Source of the DNA: Leptospiraceae bacterium
GTDB lineage: Bacteria; Spirochaetota; Leptospiria; Leptospirales; Leptonemataceae
NCBI GenBank assembly: GCA_020440915.1
Contig: JAGRNE010000001.1
Location: forward strand, 1 to 47,075
Reading direction: 5' to 3'
DNA length: 47,075 nucleotides
The notes under the pieces were generated by a model, which was given only the letters and a program-made list of their open reading frames with translations, did no database searches and was not told where the DNA came from. The position numbers and the translations under genes are program-made. Below are positions 1 to 11,600 of the stretch, piece by piece. Position 1 is the stretch's first letter. Each line of letters starts with the position of its first letter.

Positions 1-2370
1 GTCATCGAAGCTGGCTTGCGATGTGTGCAGGGTAAAGCCATTGTAAATTCCATCTCCATGAAAGAGGGAGAGGAGGCTTTCAAGGAACAGGCCCGCAAGA
101 TCATGCGCTATGGCGCCAGTGTCATTGTCATGGCTTTTGATGAAAAAGGTCAGGCGGATAGCTACGAGCGCATGATCGAAATCTGCGGCAAAGCCTACAA
201 GATTCTCACGGAAGAAGTGGGCTTTCCTGCTCAGGATATCATTTTCGATCCCAACATCTTTCCCATCGCCACCGGTATTGAAGACCACAACAACTATTCG
301 GTTGACTTCATCAATGCCACAAAATGGATCAAAGAGAATCTTCCTCATGCTCGTGTAAGCGGCGGAGTCTCCAACATGAGCTTCTCCTTCCGGGGAAATG
401 AGCCGGTGCGAAGAGCCATGCACTCGGTATTCCTCTATCATGCCATCCGCGCAGGAATGGATATGGGAATTGTGAATCCAGGGCAGCTGGATGTTTACGA
501 TGAAATCCCCCGGGAACTGCGTGATCTGGTGGAAGATGTAGTGCTCAACCGTAATCCCGATGCGGGCGAAAAGCTTGTGGATTTTGCGGAAAGCTATAAG
601 GATGAGGGCGGCCAGGACGATACGAAAAAGAACGCCTGGCGCGAAGCGGATGTGGCCGAAAGGATTCGCCATGCCCTGGTAAAGGGAATCGTAGAATTCA
701 TCGAAGAAGATACGGAAGAAGCTCGTCAGAAGTTTGATCAACCTCTGGATGTTATCGAAGGTCCTCTGATGGATGGAATGAATCATGTGGGAGAGCTATT
801 TGGCTCCGGGCAGATGTTTCTTCCGCAGGTAGTTAAGAGCGCCCGGGTAATGAAAAAGGCTGTGGCCTACTTGATTCCGTATATGGAGGAGGAGCAGAGA
901 AAGAATCCTGGATCCAAAAAGGAAGCCATTAAAGTACTTCTGGCTACCGTAAAAGGCGATGTGCACGATATCGGTAAGAATATCGTAGGTGTGGTTCTGG
1001 CCTGTAATGGCTACGAAGTTATTGATATGGGCGTAATGGTTCCCAGGGATAAGATCCTGGACGAAGCCCTGAAGCAGAAGGTAGACGTAGTTGGCCTTTC
1101 CGGACTGATTACTCCTTCTCTGGATGAAATGGTAGAAGTGGCCCGGGAAATGGAGAAGAGGAAAATGAAAATGCCTCTTTTGATTGGCGGCGCCACCACC
1201 AGCGAAGTCCACACAGCGGTGAAAATCGAGCCCAACTATTCGGGCACCACGGTCCATGTTCTGGATGCTTCACTCAGCGTGCCCATGGTTTCCAACCTGG
1301 CTTCGGACAGCCATCGCGAAAAGACCGCAGGCGAAATCCGAGCAAAGTACGAAAATGTGCGGGAGCAGCACAAGAATCGTCAGGACGAAAAAGAGATTCT
1401 TCCCTTTGATAAAGCCAGGGCCAATCAGCACAAAGTGAAGTTCGATGGAAACACTTTCCAGCCGAAGAAAACCGGTGTATTCAAAGTTGAGCCCAGCGTA
1501 GAGGAACTGATCCCTTACATCGACTGGACTCCCTTCTTCCTTACCTGGGAGATGCGCGGAAAATACCCGGACATCCTGAAGGATGCAAGGCTCGGCGAAG
1601 AAGCCACAAAACTCTTTAACGATGCCAATGACTTGCTCAAGCGGATTTCTGCCGAAGAGCTGCTTCGGCCTCGAGGCGTATATGGCATCTTTCCGGCCAA
1701 TTCCACCGGAGAGGATATAAAGCTCTACAAAGACGAGAATCGAAAGGAAGAACTGGCCGTGTTCCACTGCTTGCGACAGCAGGCAAAGAAGCGTTCCGGC
1801 CAGCCCAACCGCTCCCTGGCGGACTATGTGGCTCCCGAGGGATCCGGTACTCCGGACTGGCTGGGGGCCTTTGCTGTTACTTCTGGCATTGGACTGAACG
1901 CCCTGGTGAAGGAATTCGACGATAAGCACGACGATTACAACTCCATTCTTTCCAAGGCTGTGGCTGACCGCCTGGCCGAGGCTTTTGCAGAGTACCTGCA
2001 TGAAAAAGTGCGAAAGGAAGTCTGGGGATACGGCGAGTCTGAAGGCTTGAGTAACGATGAGCTAATCAAAGAGAAATATCAGGGGATTCGTCCGGCTCCG
2101 GGATATCCTGCTCAGCCCGATCACACCGAGAAGATCACTCTGTTTAGACTTCTTAATGCTACCGAAGATGCCAGCATCCAGCTAACGGAAAGCCTGGCCA
2201 TGATGCCAGCATCCAGCGTAAGCGGACTGTACTTTTCGCATCCAGACGCGGAGTACTTTAACCTGGGAAAATTAAACAAGGACCAGGTGGAGGATTATGC
2301 GAAGCGTAAGGAAATGAATCTGGAAGAAGTGGAGAAATGGCTGGGGCCGGCTCTGGCTTACGACCGGTAA
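1..2370 (+). CDS. metH: Cobalamin-dependent methionine synthase, C-terminal about 789 aa (5' end outside window)
   Basis: Frame 1 is open from nt 1 ([24 protein letters not shown]...). Pterin-binding domain sequence ([25 protein letters not shown]). B12-binding DxHxxG motif ([12 protein letters not shown]). C-terminal AdoMet reactivation domain ([12 protein letters not shown]). Stop at 2368-2370. Confidence 0.95.
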   Translation, partial: VIEAGLRCVQGKAIVNSISMKEGEEAFKEQARKIMRYGASVIVMAFDEKGQADSYERMIEICGKAYKILTEEVGFPAQDIIFDPNIFPIATGIEDHNNYSVDFINATKWIKENLPHARVSGGVSNMSFSFRGNEPVRRAMHSVFLYHAIRAGMDMGIVNPGQLDVYDEIPRELRDLVEDVVLNRNPDAGEKLVDFAESYKDEGGQDDTKKNAWREADVAERIRHALVKGIVEFIEEDTEEARQKFDQPLDVIEGPLMDGMNHVGELFGSGQMFLPQVVKSARVMKKAVAYLIPYMEEEQRKNPGSKKEAIKVLLATVKGDVHDIGKNIVGVVLACNGYEVIDMGVMVPRDKILDEALKQKVDVVGLSGLITPSLDEMVEVAREMEKRKMKMPLLIGGATTSEVHTAVKIEPNYSGTTVHVLDASLSVPMVSNLASDSHREKTAGEIRAKYENVREQHKNRQDEKEILPFDKARANQHKVKFDGNTFQPKKTGVFKVEPSVEELIPYIDWTPFFLTWEMRGKYPDILKDARLGEEATKLFNDANDLLKRISAEELLRPRGVYGIFPANSTGEDIKLYKDENRKEELAVFHCLRQQAKKRSGQPNRSLADYVAPEGSGTPDWLGAFAVTSGIGLNALVKEFDDKHDDYNSILSKAVADRLAEAFAEYLHEKVRKEVWGYGESEGLSNDELIKEKYQGIRPAPGYPAQPDHTEKITLFRLLNATEDASIQLTESLAMMPASSVSGLYFSHPDAEYFNLGKLNKDQVEDYAKRKEMNLEEVEKWLGPALAYDR

Positions 2371-2529
2371 TCGATTCACTGCAAGAATCTGCGTTTCGAT
2401 TTCTCTGCAACGCGCCTGCCCGGGGCTTGAATCCAATTCGGGCCTCCAGGATTTTTCCAGGAATGGCCCGGGATTTGTCCAGAGAAAAGCCCGGGCGGCT
2501 TCATCGAGAAATTGTGAATGCAGTACACT

Positions 2530-2562
2530 GCCGGTTTCCTTCTTAAAGGGGCCGGCTTTTTT
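2530..2562 (+). terminator. Weak intrinsic-terminator-like hairpin followed by a T6 run downstream of metH
   Basis: GCCGG (2530-2534) pairs with CCGGC (2552-2556) and is followed by TTTTTT (2557-2562). The stem is short and the loop long, so this is weak. Confidence 0.3.
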
Positions 2563-2815
2563 GTGCTCATGAGGCCCCGCGCCGCAGGAGTCTAGCCCGC
2601 AGATCTGTCAAGGAAAGGGGCGGAGTGCGCATTATGACCCGATGCGCCTTCAATGCGAACGGGGGCCGTGGCCGCAATGCTCGCCTTGAGAAGTCTTGAC
2701 CCTGGCCCATGTGTACCGGACCGGAGGCGCATGGCCCTGCAACCGGCTGCAATATTGCGACGTCAAATCCTTCCGTCGGGCCTGTCGGCCATCTTTCCCA
2801 TTTACGGAAAGCGTA

Positions 2816-3412
2816 TCAGCCCGGAAGATATCCCCGTACCGTATTCCAGAAATTCACCAGTGCGGCCGGGGAGTAGATGGCAGCTACCAGAAATCCGATA
2901 ATGGCCCCGCCGATGTGGGCTTCATGATTCACGGTGCCTCTTTCGGACCGGGCCATGTACATACTGCCTGCCAGATAGAGCAGGGCAAAGAGCGGTCCCG
3001 GGATGGGGATGGGCAGAGGAAAAATGAAGATTCCCTGGTCCGGGAAGAACAGGATGGAGGCAAACAGTACTCCGGCCACAGATCCGCTGGCGCCAAGAGT
3101 AGCAAAGCGCGGCTCCTCTTTGTGTCGAATAAAGGTGGCCAGATCGGCTCCGGCCGCCGCCAGGAAGTAAGAAAGCAATAGGACGGAGGGGCTCAGCAAC
3201 TCCAGGTTTCGGCCAAAAAAGAAGAGAGTGAACATGTTAAAGAACAGATGCCCCCATCCAGCATGGCTAAACTGGGAGTAGAGGAGACCCCGGTAACCCT
3301 GGCCACGGGCCACATCATATGGGAAAAACAGGAAATCTCGTGGTTCTTCCTTCTGCAGGAAGATTAGAGTCACAATGAAGTTGATGGCAATAAGGAAGAG
3401 AGTAATCATCAT
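2816..3412 (-). CDS. Rhomboid-family intramembrane serine protease
   Basis: Polytopic hydrophobic 198-aa ORF. Rhomboid catalytic Ser motif GASGSVAG and catalytic His motif HIGGAIIGF. WGHLFFNM-type motif earlier in the protein. Confidence 0.85.
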   Translation of the reverse strand: MMITLFLIAINFIVTLIFLQKEEPRDFLFFPYDVARGQGYRGLLYSQFSHAGWGHLFFNMFTLFFFGRNLELLSPSVLLLSYFLAAAGADLATFIRHKEEPRFATLGASGSVAGVLFASILFFPDQGIFIFPLPIPIPGPLFALLYLAGSMYMARSERGTVNHEAHIGGAIIGFLVAAIYSPAALVNFWNTVRGYLPG

Positions 3413-3468
3413 ATGCTTTTTTCTGCGGCAATTCCTTCGGTATTCCGATCTTAATACGGAGCGAATCT

Positions 3469-4659
3469 ATGTCAGCCCGGGTTCAGAAAAAAATCGACGC
3501 CTACCGTAAAGATAAAAAGGAACAGCAGGATTTCCTGGAGAAATGCCGCTCCATACCTGTGGAGGCTATCCTCTGGCCGGATCAGTATAGCAGCCAATTT
3601 CCGGCTGAGTACCTGATCAAGAAAGGAAAGAAGCAATTACCGTATCCGCTACTTGAAAATGAGGATCGGTTGAAGGTTTTGCAGGGTCTTTTTCATCACT
3701 GGAATGGGGCCGATGCAAGTAGTCCCGAACATCCTCTGGTGCTTTGCTATTATCTAAATGAATTCCAGAAGCAGTTTCGTCCGGTAAAGAAGAAAACCGG
3801 CACCGCCCTGCAACGGGCTACCCGGGCTGTGCTGAGCGAAAAGAAAGGCAAGAAAAAGGCGGCCAGCGCCGCCGAGATTCGCAAGCAGGAACGGGAAAAA
3901 GAGAAAGAAAAGAATTATAAAAAGCTCCAGACCCTGAAGAACAAGCTCTCTGTAGCGAAAGAACTCAAGAAAGCGGAGTCTTCCGAAATCCAGTGGGCCA
4001 TTTTTCTTACACTCCGGGACCTGGTGCGTGAAAGGGACGAGCTCATCGAGGGAACCCATGAGCTCCGGGCAAATCGCGTCCGGGATGTTCAGACGACCGA
4101 CAAGGAATTGAAGAAACGCCTGGAAGAGGTGCTCGAAGAAAGCGAGGATCTTCGATCTCAGCTGAAGAGAGAAACCACGCGAGCAGATCTTCTGGAAGAA
4201 GAAGTGCAGCGCCTGGCAGAACAGATCATATCATCTCCTACCACCATCATTACACGCGGTGATCCTTCGGAGCTGGAGGGTTTGAAGCAGGAATATAATC
4301 TGATTTCCCAGAAATACGATGCCCTGGTTAGCAAGAATATCGACCTTTCCAACAGACTGAATCGAATTGATCATGCCGCCCGGCTGGAAGAGGTGCTGGA
4401 CAGCATTCGAGATCGTGTGAATGGCATCATTCGGTCCGGAGTGTTCAAGGAAGAAATTCTACTTTCGCGGATCGGCGGTGAGGTGGAGCAACTGCAGCGA
4501 GCCAGAATTTATCTTGGCCGAGCTCTTTTTGATATGGGCATGCTATACCTTCGCATGGGCAAAAAGGATGCCGCTTTCCAGGAGTTGCGCGCCGCGCGAG
4601 AACTGGGAGTGGAGGATCCAGAAGCGGACAGATTCCTGGAATCGGTGAGTCGTCGCTGA
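3469..4659 (+). CDS. Hypothetical coiled-coil protein with K/E-rich centre and TPR-like C-terminus
   Basis: 396-aa ORF with GGAG 9 nt upstream of the ATG. Long charged heptad-like stretch ([22 protein letters not shown]...). C-terminal [32 protein letters not shown] resembles a TPR repeat. I recognise no family. Confidence 0.6.
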   Translation: MSARVQKKIDAYRKDKKEQQDFLEKCRSIPVEAILWPDQYSSQFPAEYLIKKGKKQLPYPLLENEDRLKVLQGLFHHWNGADASSPEHPLVLCYYLNEFQKQFRPVKKKTGTALQRATRAVLSEKKGKKKAASAAEIRKQEREKEKEKNYKKLQTLKNKLSVAKELKKAESSEIQWAIFLTLRDLVRERDELIEGTHELRANRVRDVQTTDKELKKRLEEVLEESEDLRSQLKRETTRADLLEEEVQRLAEQIISSPTTIITRGDPSELEGLKQEYNLISQKYDALVSKNIDLSNRLNRIDHAARLEEVLDSIRDRVNGIIRSGVFKEEILLSRIGGEVEQLQRARIYLGRALFDMGMLYLRMGKKDAAFQELRAARELGVEDPEADRFLESVSRR

Positions 4660-4696
4660 ATTCAGCCAGCGGTTAGCATCAGCCAGCAACCCATTT

Positions 4697-5146
4697 ATGC
4701 GAGCCCTGATTCAGAGAGTGCTGGAAGCTTCTGTTTCCGTAGACGGTAACATTGTTTCCTCCATTGGGCCGGGAATGCTGATCTTTTTGGGCGCCATGCA
4801 GGATGACAGCGAAAGGATTGCCTGCGACCTGGCGGGCCGAATCCAGAAGTTTCGCATCTTCGAAGACGACTCAGGAAAAATGAATCTCTCTATTGCTGAT
4901 GTTGCCGGCCAGGCCCTGGTTGTGTCCCAGTTCACTCTTTGCGCAGATCTGGCGCGGGGAAATAGGCCTTCCTTTGGTCCGGCGGCTGAGCCCGAAAAGG
5001 CGGAATCCCTTTACCGAGCCTTTATTGCGGAAATGGCAGGGGCCGGGATCACCGTCCGATCCGGAATCTTCGGTGCCGATATGAAGGTGAGTCTGGTGAA
5101 CGATGGGCCGGTGACTTTCATTTTGGAAGAGCCCCGAAAGCGCTGA
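4697..5146 (+). CDS. dtd: D-aminoacyl-tRNA deacylase
   Basis: 149 aa. Starts MRALIQRV, with the SQFTL motif and C-terminal NDGPVTF motif typical of Dtd. Confidence 0.95.
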   Translation: MRALIQRVLEASVSVDGNIVSSIGPGMLIFLGAMQDDSERIACDLAGRIQKFRIFEDDSGKMNLSIADVAGQALVVSQFTLCADLARGNRPSFGPAAEPEKAESLYRAFIAEMAGAGITVRSGIFGADMKVSLVNDGPVTFILEEPRKR

Positions 5147-5267
5147 AGGTCCTGCATCGCCAGGCTACGGCAGATCCAGGATGGGCATCCCGGTACGGGC
5201 AGGAATCAGCCGCAGCCGTCAGAACATGCGTCCGGAGTCAAATCCGTATAACCGCAATCGCGCGGAA

Positions 5268-6152
5268 CTAGGCTGCGCTTTCCTTTCTTTTTACATCCAC
5301 GGAAACATGGACTTTGTGCTTTCCGCCTCCAAAGAGTACGCCCCGCAGAGGGCTAACATCCTGATAGTCCCGACCGACGGCTGCCTGAATGTACTCATGA
5401 GTTCGGGCTTTGCCGTTTGTGGGGTCCAGATCATACCATCCCAGCCCAGGAACGTACACCGATACCCATGCATGGCTGGCATCGGCTCCCTGAAGCCGGG
5501 GTTGTCCGGGAGGGGGATAGGTTTCAATGTAACCGCTTACGTACCGGCAAGGTAGGCCCAGGCTTCGCAGTGCGGCCAGAAAGATGTGGCTAAAATCCTG
5601 GCAGACACCTTTTCGCATGGCCGCCACTTCATGTAGCGGAGTGAGTATGGTAGTGGCGCCGGATTCGTATTCGAACTCATTGTAGAGGCGCAAACAGAAA
5701 TCGGTGGAGGCCTCCAGAATGGGCCGACCTGGCAAAAAATCCTGCCTGGCGAGTTCTGCGAATTCTGCGCCGGTAGGGACAAAACGGGAAGGCAGAGTGT
5801 ACTGGATGATTTCCAGTTCCTCGGGTTGGATGGCACGCCGAATGGAGTCTCGGACCGTTTCATACGGCGGGGATTCGGTGTCCGGAAAAAGCGGGTCTTC
5901 AGTGAAAACATCGGTGGTGCTGACGAACTCTATATGCGAATGGGGTTGTTCAATGGCGAAATAATGAATGGCGTTGCCGAAGTAATCCTTTCTTCTGTTT
6001 CTTGCTGCAGGGGATGGATCGCAACTCAAAGAGAAGCTCCGAACGGTCTGAATATGGCTGTCCTGAGGCTCCATCAGCGCCAGATTCTGGCAGAGCGATA
6101 CAGTCTCTTCGTAGTCGTAGCGAGAGATATGAGTAACAATATACTCAGGCAC
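5268..6152 (-). CDS. Transglutaminase-family protein (Bact_transglu_N plus transglutaminase core)
   Basis: N-terminus HISRYDYEE is typical of the family. Catalytic Cys context GVCQDFSHIF, His ASHAWVSVY, Asp DLDPTN. Overlaps the upstream gene by 8 nt. Confidence 0.9.
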   Translation of the reverse strand: MPEYIVTHISRYDYEETVSLCQNLALMEPQDSHIQTVRSFSLSCDPSPAARNRRKDYFGNAIHYFAIEQPHSHIEFVSTTDVFTEDPLFPDTESPPYETVRDSIRRAIQPEELEIIQYTLPSRFVPTGAEFAELARQDFLPGRPILEASTDFCLRLYNEFEYESGATTILTPLHEVAAMRKGVCQDFSHIFLAALRSLGLPCRYVSGYIETYPPPGQPRLQGADASHAWVSVYVPGLGWYDLDPTNGKARTHEYIQAAVGRDYQDVSPLRGVLFGGGKHKVHVSVDVKRKESAA

Positions 6153-8625
6153 CCAGGTCCTCCATTTGCTGGCTTTTTTCCTGGTACTGGAAGTAACGAT
6201 CGCTTATGGCATCGCTCAATGCGAAGGTAAGCTTCTGACATTCTAGAGAGAAGGACATCAGGCGATCCGGAAGCAGAGGGCCGTCCGCAGCAAAGAAGCT
6301 ATCAATCTCGGTAAGGTGCACTCTGGAATAGAGCTCCAGGGCCAGCTTTCGCTCCCTGGATTTGTCCGCGCTTTCTACTCCGGGCAACTCTTCGCTCATG
6401 GAATACATCTCATCCACCTGAAAGACCAGGGAGCGCGGATTGGTGCGGTCAAAAAGCAGGATATCGAGAACGCTTCGTGCATCCATGCGACTGCGGTACC
6501 TGCGCCGGTAAGTGATTCCGATATCATTGATCCGAAGTATGGCATCCAGGAAATCCCACCAGTCCAGCGGAGCAGACCTGGAAAGTGAGTATATGAGTCG
6601 TAGCAGAAAGAGCGCCCTTTCCAGCCTTCGTCCCATACGAGGAAAGAAGTAGGATGCCTCCCTGGACATGTTCTCCGACAGATGGCCGGTAAGCGAAGTT
6701 AGTAGGAGGATAATCTGAAAAAGGACTTCCGAGACTTCCATCATATCATCTCTGCGCAAGAAATCCGCAATTTCTTCCAGGCCCGAGATGACTCTTCGCG
6801 TATCTTCGGAAAGGCGGTCCCGAATTCGGCGGCCCGACTGCACCAGGGCAGTCAGATCATGGGCCATGGAACCTGGATCGGCGCTGCGAATGAGCATGAA
6901 GTTAAGCATCTCGGAATTCTGGTCTGGACCGGGGCTGCCGCTGACTTCCGAGAGAATTTCTGTGAGTGTGCTTTGAAGGGCCGAAGGTCCTGTCTGGTCG
7001 GTATTGATCTCCAGCACCATTCGCAAGAATCGACACTGGTTTTCCGCTCTTTCGCCGTAGCGCGCCATCCAGAACAGATTGTCCGCCACCCGGCCTGGAA
7101 GGCCAATACCTTTGCGAAAGATCTCTCCGGTTTCGGCGGCTGCAGAAAGCAGGGTTTCCTGTTTCTGGGGTTCGCTGGCCAGAATCCATATATCTTTGCT
7201 GAGCGCTCCGGTCTGATTGGTTATCACCAGATCCTGGAGATTGGCATTAAATCGCGCCAGACCTCCTGGAAGGACGATGTAGCCAGAATCGGATGCTGCG
7301 GCAAAAGTGCGATAGATGCCCCGGGCCGCCACCAGTTGCCCATTCTGAAACACAGGGCAGCTGCATCCGGTTAGAATTTCCTGGGCAACGTAGTCGAAAG
7401 GGGCCGAAAGTACGCGTTGCCAGAGTTCTTCGCGTTCGGACTCTTCCATGGTATTCAGGAAGTAGCCCTCTTCGCCCATGCGGCGAATGCACGGCTTGAG
7501 AACCAGATCGGTGCGGTACCGTACCTGCTGCAGATGCGATTCGTCGCCCAGCCAGTAGGTGCGTGCATTGGGCAGAATTAATTCCTCACCCAGAAAATGC
7601 TGACTGAGGTCGGGCAGGTAAGCAAGCAATGCGCGATCTTCCAGAATGCCTGATCCTGGAGGATTTAGAACGCTTACGGTTCCTGCACGAACGCATTGCA
7701 GAAGCCCTGGAACGCCCAGCAAGGAATCTCCCCGGAGTTCCAGGGAATCCAGAAAAGCATCATCCACCCGGCGAAAGACAATGTCTACCTGCTGGAAACC
7801 CTCCACGGTCTTCAGATAGAGCTTTTGCTCTCGAACGGTTAGATCGTCGGCCTGGGCCAGGGGAAAGCCAAGATACGAAGATAGATACGCATGTTCAAAG
7901 TAGGTTTCGTTGCCCGGTCCGGGCGAAAGCAGAATGGTGAGCGGATCTTTTTTGCGAATCTGCGCTTTTCGAACGAGGGTTCTTCGCAACGTGCGAAAAT
8001 AGGTGGCCAGACGATGAACCTGGCTGTCCCGATAGATGCTGGGAAGTACCCTGGAAAGTACAATGCGATTCTCCAGACTGTAGCCGGAGCCAGACGGCGC
8101 CTGGATTCGGTCACCCAGGGCCACAAACTGCCCCCGGGAATCCCGGCTGACGTCGGTGGCAATGTAAGCCAGGGAATTTCCCCTGGCAGAGATCATATCG
8201 TGGCAGGGCCGTAAAAAAGCCGGAGAGCGAAACAAAAGCTCTGCGGGCAAAACTCTTTCCTGGATACAGCTTTTTTGAGTGTAAATGTCGGAGAGGATCA
8301 GGTCCAGAAGCTCGGCTCGCTGGATCAATCCTCGCTCCAGGGGCGACCATTCATCGCTGGGGATGATTACTGGCAGGAGATCCAGAGGCCAGGTGCGGTC
8401 CAGCCCGCCGGGACTGCCGTAGATGCTGTAGGTTACGCCGTTTTCTTTGAGAAGCCTGTAGGCCTCCCTTCTTCTTTGTTCCAGGCGCTCCTGCCCCAGA
8501 GCATCCAGGCTGGAGATCAGAAAATCGTAATGAGGACGAATCAATCCCCGGTGGAGCAATTCATCATGTATTCCGGCCACGGGTTCGTAGCCGGAAAGAA
8601 GCTGGCGCTCCAGGGTCTCCATCAA
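6145..8625 (-). CDS. Fusion protein: circularly permuted ATP-grasp (type 2) domain plus alpha-E domain
   Basis: 826 aa. The N-terminal half is visibly paralogous to the stand-alone ATP-grasp at 12846-14270 (VDIVFRRVDDAFLDSLELRGDSLLGVPGLLQCVRAGTVSVLNPPGSG vs [47 protein letters not shown]). The C-terminal half resembles the alpha-E protein (NLFWMARYGERAEN vs SVYWMNRYIERAEN). ATGA overlap with the upstream gene. Confidence 0.85.
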   Translation of the reverse strand: MMETLERQLLSGYEPVAGIHDELLHRGLIRPHYDFLISSLDALGQERLEQRRREAYRLLKENGVTYSIYGSPGGLDRTWPLDLLPVIIPSDEWSPLERGLIQRAELLDLILSDIYTQKSCIQERVLPAELLFRSPAFLRPCHDMISARGNSLAYIATDVSRDSRGQFVALGDRIQAPSGSGYSLENRIVLSRVLPSIYRDSQVHRLATYFRTLRRTLVRKAQIRKKDPLTILLSPGPGNETYFEHAYLSSYLGFPLAQADDLTVREQKLYLKTVEGFQQVDIVFRRVDDAFLDSLELRGDSLLGVPGLLQCVRAGTVSVLNPPGSGILEDRALLAYLPDLSQHFLGEELILPNARTYWLGDESHLQQVRYRTDLVLKPCIRRMGEEGYFLNTMEESEREELWQRVLSAPFDYVAQEILTGCSCPVFQNGQLVAARGIYRTFAAASDSGYIVLPGGLARFNANLQDLVITNQTGALSKDIWILASEPQKQETLLSAAAETGEIFRKGIGLPGRVADNLFWMARYGERAENQCRFLRMVLEINTDQTGPSALQSTLTEILSEVSGSPGPDQNSEMLNFMLIRSADPGSMAHDLTALVQSGRRIRDRLSEDTRRVISGLEEIADFLRRDDMMEVSEVLFQIILLLTSLTGHLSENMSREASYFFPRMGRRLERALFLLRLIYSLSRSAPLDWWDFLDAILRINDIGITYRRRYRSRMDARSVLDILLFDRTNPRSLVFQVDEMYSMSEELPGVESADKSRERKLALELYSRVHLTEIDSFFAADGPLLPDRLMSFSLECQKLTFALSDAISDRYFQYQEKSQQMEDLGA

Positions 8626-11600
8626 GGGCCAGAGAACTCCCTGTCAGATTGGATGGCCAGCCTTAAATCCAGAGTGCAGGGAAACTCTGGATTGGCAACC
8701 GGCTTAGGGGCCGGCCCATGGGACGATCCAAATTCACCGGCCTGAAACCGGCTGATTCTTCGGCTTTCCGCTTCCAGCGCATTGACGGGCAGGGTGTCGT
8801 AGGCTCGACCTCCTGGATGGGAGACATGGTAGGTGCAGCCAGTTACATACCTTTCGTTATATGTGTCGAAAACGGAGAAGACCAGGGGATTGTGAGGCTT
8901 GATATGCGGATGAAGGGTGGATGCAGGATTCCATGCTTTGAAGCGAATTCCGGCCACCTGGATGTTTTGATGCCGGCGCAGAGGAACGAGCGCTCCATTG
9001 CAGGCCACCTGGTAGCGACCCGCAGCATCTCCTTCCAATATGACCTGCATTCGTTCCGTGGCAGAATCCACAGCCCGGGATGTGCCGCCGGTATGCGCTT
9101 CCTCGCCCAGGACGTTCCAGGGCTCCAGGGCCATGCGAAGCTCCAGGCGAATTCCCGGGTAAAGAGTTTCTCCATACAGAGGAAAGCGAAATTCGAAGAA
9201 AGGCTCGAACATCTCCATTGTGAAGTCAAAACCTTCCAATTTCAGATCGTCCAGCACCCTTTGCAGATCCTCTCGAACATAGTGAGGAAGCATAAAACGA
9301 TCTCTTAGATCCAGGCCCCATCGAACCAGACGGGGTTCCGGCGGTTTTTCCCTTACAAAGCAAAGTATGGCGCCGATCAAAGCCTGCTGCACTGCGCTCA
9401 TCTTCCAGTGCGGAGGCATTTCAAAACCGCGTAGTTCCAGCAATCCTCGCCGGCCGCCCAGAGAAGCGGGATCGTACATCTTATCTATGCAAAACTCCGC
9501 GCGATGGGTATTGCCGGTAAGGTCCGTAAGATGGTTGCGTAGCAGTCTATCTATCAAATACGGAGGACACTTTTCGTCTTCGCGTTTGTACAATTCGATA
9601 AGCGCAAGTTCCAGATCATACAGAGTATCCATCCTGGCCTCATCTACGCGTGGCGCCTGGCTGGTAGGACCAATAAAAAGGCCGGAGAAAAGATAAGAAA
9701 GGGAAGGATGTTTTTGCCAGTAAACAAGAAGGGCCGGCAGCAGGGCTGGGAAGCGCAGAAAAGGGCTCTCCAATGTGCTTCGGGCACCCAGGGTGATATG
9801 GTTTCCGCCGCCGGTAGCTGCGGGGCGGCCATCCATCAGGAATTTTTGCGTTATGAGTCCTTCCGCTCGCGCGGCCTCGTAAAGCTTTCGCGTAAGATCC
9901 GCCGCTTCCTGAAGACTTTCCGAAGGCTGTAGATTCGCTTCAATGACTCCAGGATCTGGAGTGATGGAAAAATGGGTAAGTGCAGGATGCGCTGGCGGTG
10001 GATGCCCTTCCCATTCGTAGCGCGCCGGACTCTCGGAAAGGCATTTTTCCAGGTGTGCGATCAGGCTGAGATGGCTGACCGTGGAAGAAGGGGGAGGCAG
10101 AAAGATTTTCAGTGTTTCCTCCCGGATCTCCACAACCAGCGCCACCCGCAGGGGCCAGCGACCTTCATCATCTTTGAGAGTATAATTTCCATCCCTGGCA
10201 ATCAGGTGTTCTGGATCTGGCAATCGCGTGGATTGTTCCGTAGGATCTTCCATGTAGACGCTGCGAAAGCCATCTCCCAGCGAAGACAGGGGTAAACGCA
10301 ATCCGGCCGGAGAGTCTCCCGGAAGCAGAAATAGATGACTGCGCCGGTTTTTCCACAGAGAAGAGGTCCAGCGAGACTTTTGCGGATCAAACGCCAGCGG
10401 AAGGACGAAGGCAGATGGTTCGGCCAGATCCTTCTCCAGCAACATGAGCAGTCGATTTCTTTCCAGCGCTTCGAAGCTTTCCAGGTCCTTGATTCGCCTG
10501 GCGCCTTCGGGTAAGTTTGCCTGGCCACGAAGAGCCTCCAGCGGATCTTCATGAAGCGGTTGCACAAATGCCCGGTCCAGTCCCAGTCGGTTTGCCAGGG
10601 ATTCAAGAAGCTCTTTGGCCTGGCCTGCTGTAGCTGGTTTTCGCTCCAGACTTTCCGAGTAAAGGGCGCTTAATGGTTCTCCATCCAGTCGCCAGTGAGC
10701 AAAGTAAGCCCAGCGCGGCAGAGGCTCGCCAGGGTACCATTTTCCCTGTCCGGAAAGAAAGAGCGGAGCCGGAAGCGCCAGATTTTGAACAAGACGCTTG
10801 CGTAACCTTTGCGCAAAATCTCTCTTCTTTTTGTCTCCGCCCGGGGCCATGGCCTGATAGTTCCATTCCGGCCCATCCAGGTCTTCGTCGGAAACAAAGG
10901 TGGGTTCTCCGCCCATGGTAAGTCGCAAATCCAGTTCCTTTAGCTTACGATCCACGGCGGGTACGATCCGCTGAAAACGTTGGAAAACGCTATCGCTGTA
11001 AGGCCTGGTGGTGCGCGGGCTTTCGGCGATCCGTTCGATTTTCATCTCAAAATGAAGATCGGACTGGCAGATGCCGGTGGATCCGGTCACCGGGGCTGCT
11101 CTGGAGGGTTCAGCGGCTGCAAAAAGGGGGATGTGGCCTTCGCCAGTAAGCAGGCCTGACGTGGCGTCCAGGCCAATCCATCCTGCTCCGGGCAGATAAA
11201 CTTCGGTCCATGCATGCAGATCTGTGAAATCCTCTTCCGGACCTGCCGGTCCTTTGCGAGGCGTTTCGTCTGCCTTTAGCTGAATCAAGTAGCCGGAACA
11301 GAACCGGCTGGCCAGTCCCAGATGTCGCAGAATATGCATTAGAAGAAAAGCGGAATCCCGGCAGGAACCCTGGCCCCGGTCGATGGTCTCGGTGCAGCTT
11401 TGAATGCCGGGTTCCATGCGAATGATGTAGCTGACTCGCCTGGCTACAAATTGATTGATGGCCACAAGCATGTCTACCGTGCTCAGCTCCGGTCGAATGA
11501 TGTCCTTCTTGATGTGTTGCACCCAGGCCAGTAGTTCCGGTTCGGTAACATCGCTTCGCAGGTATATGGACAGGTCGTCCTCGAGATCCGCGGGATAGGG

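Noticed and set aside
2400-2470. tRNA/tmRNA-like T-arm (GGGGCTTGAATCCAATTCGGGCCTCCAGG).
   Set aside because: I cannot draw a proper 5-bp T stem with a 7-nt loop. There is no acceptor stem or CCA context and no GGGG...tmRNA 5' end nearby.
2470-2640. Possible RNase P RNA. GAGAAAAGCCCGGGC (near 2475) loosely resembles the P4 element GAGGAAAGUCCGGGC. GAAAGGGGCGGAGTGCGCA (near 2612) loosely resembles GAAAGGGUGCGGUAAGAGCGCA at about the right spacing.
   Set aside because: The near-invariant GUCC of P4 is replaced. No ACAGAA...CCGGCUUA 3' P4 strand, GGUAAAC or CAACAGAGAGCA element appears on either strand. The resemblance is most likely chance in GC-rich DNA, and an Infernal scan would settle it.
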